Source: Oligoflexia bacterium
Lineage (GTDB): Bacteria; Bdellovibrionota; UBA1018; CAIMNF01
NCBI GenBank assembly: GCA_903845155.1
Contig: CAIMWN010000287.1
Coordinates: 1-17,311, forward strand
Reading direction: 5' to 3'
DNA length: 17,311 bases
In this document: piece after piece, positions 12,098 through 17,311 of the stretch
How the letters are laid out: every line of letters starts with the position of its first letter
Numbering within the stretch: the first letter of the stretch is position 1
Notes under the pieces: model-generated
Databases searched by the model: none
What the model saw: only the letters and a program-made list of their open reading frames with translations
Told to the model about the DNA's origin: nothing
Made by a program: the position numbers and the translations under genes

Positions 12098-13909
12098 ATG
12101 CACCACAGACGCAATACTCTTCTTATAAATTTACTTTTTTTATTTATATTCGTGGAGAGTCCCATTTTCATTACGCCAGTTCATGCAAAACCTGAGAACT
12201 TAAGCGCACTGCTCCAGAGATGGACGCCACCCGAAGTGAAGAAATCCGTAAAAAAATCACCTAAAAAGAAGGCGGCTCAAGTCGCTTTAGGGGTAGAGGC
12301 CCTTCCTCTGGAGTACTGGATATACTTTGAAGCGAAGGCTGCTTTAGAAAAGAAGTTAGATCTTAAATCAATTGAATCGCTTGAGAAAAGAATTTTAGAA
12401 GTTCGCTTGAATGCAGATACACGTGCGCTCGAAAAGGAATTTGATGAGCTTTTTTATGCGCTCGAAATTAAGCGTGCGGAGAGGCAGGTCAGGCTAAAAT
12501 CGTGGCGCCTAGCCACTCGCTCTTTTACTCACGCCATGAATGCGCTTCATACCTTTAAGTGGATTTATTATTGGAGAGCTGAAACTTCCGATGCTCTGGT
12601 TGCACTCTGCACGCGAAAAGCTAAGGTGAAAGACGATGCCTGTCCGGTCCTTGCAAAAAGGGTAGTTGATGCCTTTCCGAAAAGCGCAACGGAAACTAAG
12701 GTACTAAGGGATTTGCCCGCCATTGAAGCATCCCCCCTGGTTGATGTGGCGACGGCCGACCGCCTTTCTCAGCCTTATCCTGAAAAGACCGAACAAGATG
12801 AAGAGGCTTTTGCAGATGTCCTCGATGATTATCTCAATGGGAAAGATCACGAATTGTTTGAGCACGCGAAACTGTTCATGAACGATTTTCCAAAATCAAT
12901 CTTACGCTTTAGGGCGTTGTTCTTAATGGCCGAGTTTGATTTCAAGTTCAATAGAAAAAAAGACGCCAAAGAAAAATACGATCAAATTATTAGCCAAATC
13001 CCGCTCAGTTATTATGCAGTAGTGGCAGCAGAGCGCAACGGCGTTCAACTCAGGGACCAAGTGAAGAAGGATATGATCAAAGTAGATCTCGATCAACTAA
13101 ACCTTCAGTACCCTGAAAAACAGGCTTTAGTTCGGGCTGAAAGTCTTTATGTGAAGAAACATTATGAAGAAGTCGCATTGGAGCTTGAAACCTTAACGAG
13201 AGTGCGCGCCTACAATCTCGACACCATTTTATATGTGATGGGTCTTGCTCATCAATCCAATCAAGACCTGACTGCATTTAGAATTGCGAACGAATTGATT
13301 CAGCGGAAGTATGATGGTTTACTTGCGAATGAATTCTTGGAAATGATTTTTCCGGATCGGTATTCTGAAGACATTGAACTTTATTCAAAATTAAATAAAA
13401 TCGATCCGCTTTGGGTTATGTCTTTGATGAAGCAAGAGTCGGGTTTTAAGGCACCCATCCTCTCTTCCTCTGGTGCGATGGGACTCATGCAATTGATGCC
13501 TTTTACCGCGCTCGACGTTCAAAAAGATGTGCTCCTTTCATCATTAAAGCAACCATCCAATAATATTTCGATTGGCACTAAATACATTGCTTCGCTTGCG
13601 GAGAAATACAATGGCAACATGGTCTTCGCGCTTGCAGCCTATAATGCAGGCCCAAATCGCGTTGCAAAATGGAAGAAAGACGCGAAACCAAATTGGGGAA
13701 TGACCGAGTTTATAGAATCCATTCCGTATAAGGAAACTCGTGACTATGTGATGTCGATCTTCAGAAATCATTATTGGTATCAGTATCGAAAGGGTCAATC
13801 AGCACAAAGCGTCTTTGATCCCAATTTCGATTTAAAAAGACCAATCGATACCAAAACCGATTCTAAAACTGATGCCAGAGTAGATGTGAAGCTCGAAGCG
13901 AAGAAATAG
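12098..13909 (+). CDS. slt: Soluble lytic murein transglycosylase (Slt70-like: N-terminal helical repeat domain plus C-terminal SLT/GEWL domain)
   Basis: I prefer the ATG at 12098 (MHHRRNTLLINLLFLFIFVESPIFITPVHA|KPE, a signal peptide) over the TTG at 12080. SLT catalytic motifs are present: MSLMKQESGFK (catalytic Glu), GAMGLMQLMP and AAYNAGPNRV. The long helical N-terminal region is as in Slt70. Confidence 0.85.
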   Translation: MHHRRNTLLINLLFLFIFVESPIFITPVHAKPENLSALLQRWTPPEVKKSVKKSPKKKAAQVALGVEALPLEYWIYFEAKAALEKKLDLKSIESLEKRILEVRLNADTRALEKEFDELFYALEIKRAERQVRLKSWRLATRSFTHAMNALHTFKWIYYWRAETSDALVALCTRKAKVKDDACPVLAKRVVDAFPKSATETKVLRDLPAIEASPLVDVATADRLSQPYPEKTEQDEEAFADVLDDYLNGKDHELFEHAKLFMNDFPKSILRFRALFLMAEFDFKFNRKKDAKEKYDQIISQIPLSYYAVVAAERNGVQLRDQVKKDMIKVDLDQLNLQYPEKQALVRAESLYVKKHYEEVALELETLTRVRAYNLDTILYVMGLAHQSNQDLTAFRIANELIQRKYDGLLANEFLEMIFPDRYSEDIELYSKLNKIDPLWVMSLMKQESGFKAPILSSSGAMGLMQLMPFTALDVQKDVLLSSLKQPSNNISIGTKYIASLAEKYNGNMVFALAAYNAGPNRVAKWKKDAKPNWGMTEFIESIPYKETRDYVMSIFRNHYWYQYRKGQSAQSVFDPNFDLKRPIDTKTDSKTDARVDVKLEAKK

Positions 13910-14020
13910 TCGCAGGGGGGAGTGTTATTTGAGGGAAAGGCATTCAATTCTGTCCCCATCAACGCTTATAATGGCTTTGAAAAGCAGCTGAAAACTTAGC
14001 GTTTCTTGCCCCTTTTAACA

Positions 14021-14050
14021 TTGACGATCAAGGCGCGAGTTGGGTAGATT
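14021..14050 (+). promoter_or_regulatory. Candidate sigma70-type promoter for prs (TTGACG-17/18 nt-TAGATT)
   Basis: TTGACG at 14021-14026 and (g)TAGATT at 14044/14045-14050. The -10 element ends 6 nt before the prs ATG (14057). There is no SD in between. Confidence 0.35.
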
Positions 14051-14056
14051 TTCAGC

Positions 14057-15013
14057 ATGCAACGAAAACGCGACTGGGTCTTGTTATCGGGGAGTTATAA
14101 TCCTGCTCTATCACAAAAAATTAGTGACAGACTAGAGCGCCCACTGGGAAAAATTGAAGTGAGACGCTTCAGTGATGGCGAAATCTTCGTTGAGATAAAA
14201 GAAAATGTAAGAGGTCGCGCAGTCTACGTCATTCAAAGTACTTGCGCTCCTGTGAATGACTCGCTGATGGAATTACTCATCATGATTGATGCTCTGAAAC
14301 GCGCAAGTGCGAAGGAAATTAATGTTGTCATTCCTTACTATGGGTACGCAAGACAAGACCGAAAAGTTTCTCCACGCACTCCTATCAGTGCAAAATTAAC
14401 TGCCGATATTCTTACTACTGCTGGTGCAACCCGAGTCGTTTCTGTCGATCTTCATGCCGGACAAATCCAAGGTTTTTTCAATATTCCATTTGATAACTTG
14501 TATGCAATGCCTGTGATTCAAAAATACTTAGAACAAAAAGTAGTTCCCACTGCAGGCGAAATTGTAGTGGTGAGTCCAGATGCAGGTGGCGTGGAGCGTG
14601 CGCGCGCACTCGCAAAGAGATTGAATGCAACCGTAGCCATCATTGATAAAAGAAGGATCGGTCCGAACGTCGCGAAAGCGATGAATATCATCGGGGAAGT
14701 AAAGGGTGCGACTGCGATTATTCTGGATGACATGATTGATACGGCCGGAACCTTAACGGAGGCTGCAAATGCAGTGATGGATCATGGTGCGAAGCGGATT
14801 ATTGCAGCTGCCACGCATGGTGTATTTTCTGGTCCAGCCATTCAACGCATTAATGATTCTAAAATTGAAAAAGTAATTGTGACCGATACTATTCCTCTTT
14901 CACAGATGGCTCAGTCTTCTACAAAAATTGAGCAGCTTTCGGTGGCCCCTCTTTTAGCTGAAGCCATTTATCGAATTCATCACTATGATTCAGTGAGTAG
15001 CCTTTTTACGTGA
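14057..15013 (+). CDS. prs: Ribose-phosphate pyrophosphokinase (PRPP synthetase)
   Basis: 318 aa. [34 protein letters not shown] (flexible-loop region) and the PRPP-binding loop [11 protein letters not shown] are all hallmark Prs motifs. Confidence 0.95.
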   Translation: MQRKRDWVLLSGSYNPALSQKISDRLERPLGKIEVRRFSDGEIFVEIKENVRGRAVYVIQSTCAPVNDSLMELLIMIDALKRASAKEINVVIPYYGYARQDRKVSPRTPISAKLTADILTTAGATRVVSVDLHAGQIQGFFNIPFDNLYAMPVIQKYLEQKVVPTAGEIVVVSPDAGGVERARALAKRLNATVAIIDKRRIGPNVAKAMNIIGEVKGATAIILDDMIDTAGTLTEAANAVMDHGAKRIIAAATHGVFSGPAIQRINDSKIEKVIVTDTIPLSQMAQSSTKIEQLSVAPLLAEAIYRIHHYDSVSSLFT

Positions 15014-15035
15014 TTCGAAACAGGGCGGGCTCAGT

Positions 15036-15635
15036 ATGAAGATAGTGGTGGGCTTGGGAAATCCTGGTCAGAAATACGAGACCACTCGCCATAATATTGG
15101 TTTTCTTTGCATCGATTATTTGGTGGACGCATGGAAAGCAAACGGTCCATTTACTAAACATCAGGGTGAGTATTGGCAAACGTCGATCCAAGGCGAACCA
15201 GTAATCTTACTGAAACCGCAGACCTTCATGAATCTTTCAGGACGTTCCCTTGCTCCCTTCTTCCAATTTTATAAATGTAAACCCGAAGACGTCATCGTAC
15301 TCCATGACGAACTAGATTTTGAGCCCAACGAGATTCGGTTCAAAACGGGTGGAAGTCATGGAGGGCACAATGGGCTTCGCTCCATCGACGAATGTCTAGG
15401 ATCCGAGAATACGGCTTACCATCGGGTAAGGCTTGGAATTGGCCATCCGCGAAATTTTAACCTTAAGATGGACGTAGCTGACTATGTGCTAGGGAAAATC
15501 CCCGACCAAGAATGGGCGGAGCTTGAAGATCTATTTAAGAAGGCCCGTGAGGGCATAGAGCTCATATTTTCAGGTAAAATCAAGGAAGCCATGAATAAAT
15601 TCCATGGACGACCGAAGCCCCCTCAAGATAAATAA
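15036..15635 (+). CDS. pth: Peptidyl-tRNA hydrolase
   Basis: MKIVVGLGNPGQKYETTRHNIGF, HDELD and GGHNGLRS are canonical bacterial Pth motifs (catalytic His in TRHN). The gene starts 22 nt after prs. Confidence 0.95.
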   Translation: MKIVVGLGNPGQKYETTRHNIGFLCIDYLVDAWKANGPFTKHQGEYWQTSIQGEPVILLKPQTFMNLSGRSLAPFFQFYKCKPEDVIVLHDELDFEPNEIRFKTGGSHGGHNGLRSIDECLGSENTAYHRVRLGIGHPRNFNLKMDVADYVLGKIPDQEWAELEDLFKKAREGIELIFSGKIKEAMNKFHGRPKPPQDK

Positions 15636-15642
15636 CTAAGCT

Positions 15643-16743
15643 ATGAGTTTACAGTGTGGAATTGTGGGATTACCCAACGTTGGGAAAAGTACGATCTTTA
15701 ACGCGCTTACAAGCGCCAAGGCTGAAGCGGCAAATTACCCTTTTTGCACGATTGAACCCAATACGGGGATCGTGAAGGTTCCTGATCCACGCCTCGAGAA
15801 CATTAGTAAATATATTCCACCCCAAAAGTTGATTCCAGCGGTGATGACCTTTGTCGACATCGCGGGTCTCGTTCGCGGTGCTTCGAAGGGCGAGGGACTC
15901 GGAAATCAATTTTTAGGTCACATCCGTGAGACTGACGCCATCGCTCACGTGGTACGTTGTTTTAACGATTCAAATATTATTCACGTCGAAGGAAGTGTCG
16001 ATCCGCTTCGCGACATCGAAACGATCGATACTGAGCTGGTTCTTTGTGATCTCGAAGCGGTGCTAAAGAAATTACCGAACTCAATTAAGCAAGGTAAACA
16101 GGGCGATAAAAAAGCCGCCGCCCTTGCAGGTGTATTAGAAAGAATTAAACCACTCCTCGATCAAGGTAAAACCGTTCGTGCGTGTGGCCTGACCGACGAA
16201 GAAAAAGAAATTGTATATGAGATGCATTTCTTAACCATTAAGCCGGTCATGTATGTTGCCAACGTAGATGAGGCGACCATCGCGAATCCTTTCGAAAATG
16301 AGTATGTGAAGAAAGTGGTCGAACACGCAAAAATTGAAGGTGCACCAGTCGTACCCATTTGCGGAAAGATTGAATCAGAAATTTCTGAACTTGATCCCGC
16401 TGAGAAAAAAGAATTCTTAAGTGAAATGGGAATGGATGAAGCTGGCCTCAATAAAGTAATTCGCGCAGGTTACGGACTCCTTGGGCTTCAAACTTATTTC
16501 ACAGCAGGTGAAGTGGAAGTGCGCGCTTGGACCTTTCATAAGGGTTGGAAAGCGCCCGCTTGTGCTGGCGTGATTCACAGTGATTTCGAGCGTGGATTCA
16601 TTCGCGCCGAAGTGTACCACTACGAAGACCTCATGAAGCATCAGTCAGAAGCGAAGATTAAAGACGCGGGTCTCATGCGTGTAGAGGGCAAAGAGTACGT
16701 GGTTCAAGATGGCGATATTATGCACTTCCGTTTTAACGTGTAG
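15643..16743 (+). CDS. ychF: Ribosome-binding ATPase YchF (Obg-like GTPase superfamily)
   Basis: 366 aa. [18 protein letters not shown] (P-loop), DIAGLV.GAS.GEGLGN.FL, and a C-terminal TGS domain ending DGD(I)MHFRFNV. The gene starts 7 nt after pth. Confidence 0.95.
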   Translation: MSLQCGIVGLPNVGKSTIFNALTSAKAEAANYPFCTIEPNTGIVKVPDPRLENISKYIPPQKLIPAVMTFVDIAGLVRGASKGEGLGNQFLGHIRETDAIAHVVRCFNDSNIIHVEGSVDPLRDIETIDTELVLCDLEAVLKKLPNSIKQGKQGDKKAAALAGVLERIKPLLDQGKTVRACGLTDEEKEIVYEMHFLTIKPVMYVANVDEATIANPFENEYVKKVVEHAKIEGAPVVPICGKIESEISELDPAEKKEFLSEMGMDEAGLNKVIRAGYGLLGLQTYFTAGEVEVRAWTFHKGWKAPACAGVIHSDFERGFIRAEVYHYEDLMKHQSEAKIKDAGLMRVEGKEYVVQDGDIMHFRFNV

Positions 16744-16759
16744 TGCGCTTTAAATTATT

Positions 16760-17311
16760 TTAATCGTTAGTTGCTTTTAAGGTCGATTGAATCACACCTG
16801 TTGACGTGGACGTATTGGTCTTGGTTTCATTCATATAATAAGTGACAGCGTTATCGGGGCCGAAGGCCTGGCAAAACAGAGCGAGTTCATTGGCTTTGTT
16901 TTCACACACCAAATTCTCAGAACCGGTATTTCCGAGGCTTAATTCCAAATTCTTCGCTTTCGCTTTTGCCACTTCGGTCGCAAGCGCATCTTGGTAATGG
17001 GTGAGTTTCTTTTGTTGAGAGAGGTAGTAAAGTTTTTTGCAGACTGAAAGATCAAACCTGAGTAAATCATGGGGCTCGCTTTTTGCCACATGGTCTTCAT
17101 GATAAATCGCACGATTCATTACACAATGAAAAGCAGGATCATCATAAGTGTAATCATACTCCATGCTCTCGGTTAAATAGCAGGAACTCAAGCGAGAGTC
17201 CTTACAGAGCACTCCGCGTTCTTTTTTGAATTTCTGAATGGCGGTGGGGTCAAAGTTTTCCTTAAATGAAACAACTCTGTGTTGCTCATCAAAGGTAATG
17301 ACGTAGGTCAA
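16760..17311 (-). CDS. Hypothetical protein; the N-terminus probably lies outside the window
   Basis: The ORF is open to the window edge, and the 'M' in the track is a TTG at the last codon, so the true start is unknown. It has six Cys spaced through the sequence and a Thr/Ser-rich C-terminus. I recognise no family. It is convergent with ychF with a 16-nt gap. Confidence 0.45.
   Translation of the reverse strand: MTYVITFDEQHRVVSFKENFDPTAIQKFKKERGVLCKDSRLSSCYLTESMEYDYTYDDPAFHCVMNRAIYHEDHVAKSEPHDLLRFDLSVCKKLYYLSQQKKLTHYQDALATEVAKAKAKNLELSLGNTGSENLVCENKANELALFCQAFGPDNAVTYYMNETKTNTSTSTGVIQSTLKATND

Noticed and set aside
15014-15035. An expected ribosomal protein L25/Ctc gene between prs and pth, as in many bacteria.
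   Set aside because: The gap is only 22 nt, so no gene is present. The prs-pth-ychF order without rplY is a common enough variant and not noteworthy.
1-17311. A scan for CRISPR repeats, IS or transposon ends, integrases, phage genes, toxin-antitoxin pairs and rRNA.
   Set aside because: I saw no spaced direct repeats, long inverted repeats or recombinase-like ORFs. The tRNA-Asn is not flanked by an integrase or by a duplicated 3' tRNA segment, so nothing suggests an island.

Overview
17.3 kb chromosomal window from a diderm (Gram-negative) bacterium of moderate-to-low GC. The taxon cannot be assigned from sequence alone. I saw no rRNA, CRISPR array, transposase, integrase or inverted-repeat mobile element. 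Housekeeping genes flank the window: leuS (5'-partial), dcd and a DUF481-type outer-membrane protein on the left; tRNA-Asn(GUU), an Slt-type lytic transglycosylase and a prs-pth-ychF operon on the right. The centre (about 3.6-11.9 kb) is all envelope proteins: two uncharacterised lipoproteins on the minus strand, then a tightly coupled five-gene plus-strand operon (5693-11556). That operon encodes (1) a two-domain outer-membrane beta-barrel protein, (2) a TPR lipoprotein, (3) a 792-aa bitopic protein, (4) a MotA/PomA-type stator subunit and (5) a MotB/PomB-type subunit with an OmpA-like domain. The 792-aa protein has a signal peptide, two tandem periplasmic alpha-beta-beta-alpha-beta (ring-building-motif-like) repeats each carrying a CX3C pair, a low-complexity linker, one TM helix and what looks like a complete FliG (N/M/C) in the cytoplasm. 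No fliM, fliN, flh or flg genes are nearby. I read this as a candidate self-contained, non-canonical rotor-stator module built on a natural FliF-like/FliG-like fusion. It is the main item worth follow-up. All homology statements come from by-eye motif recognition and hand alignment, not from searches.
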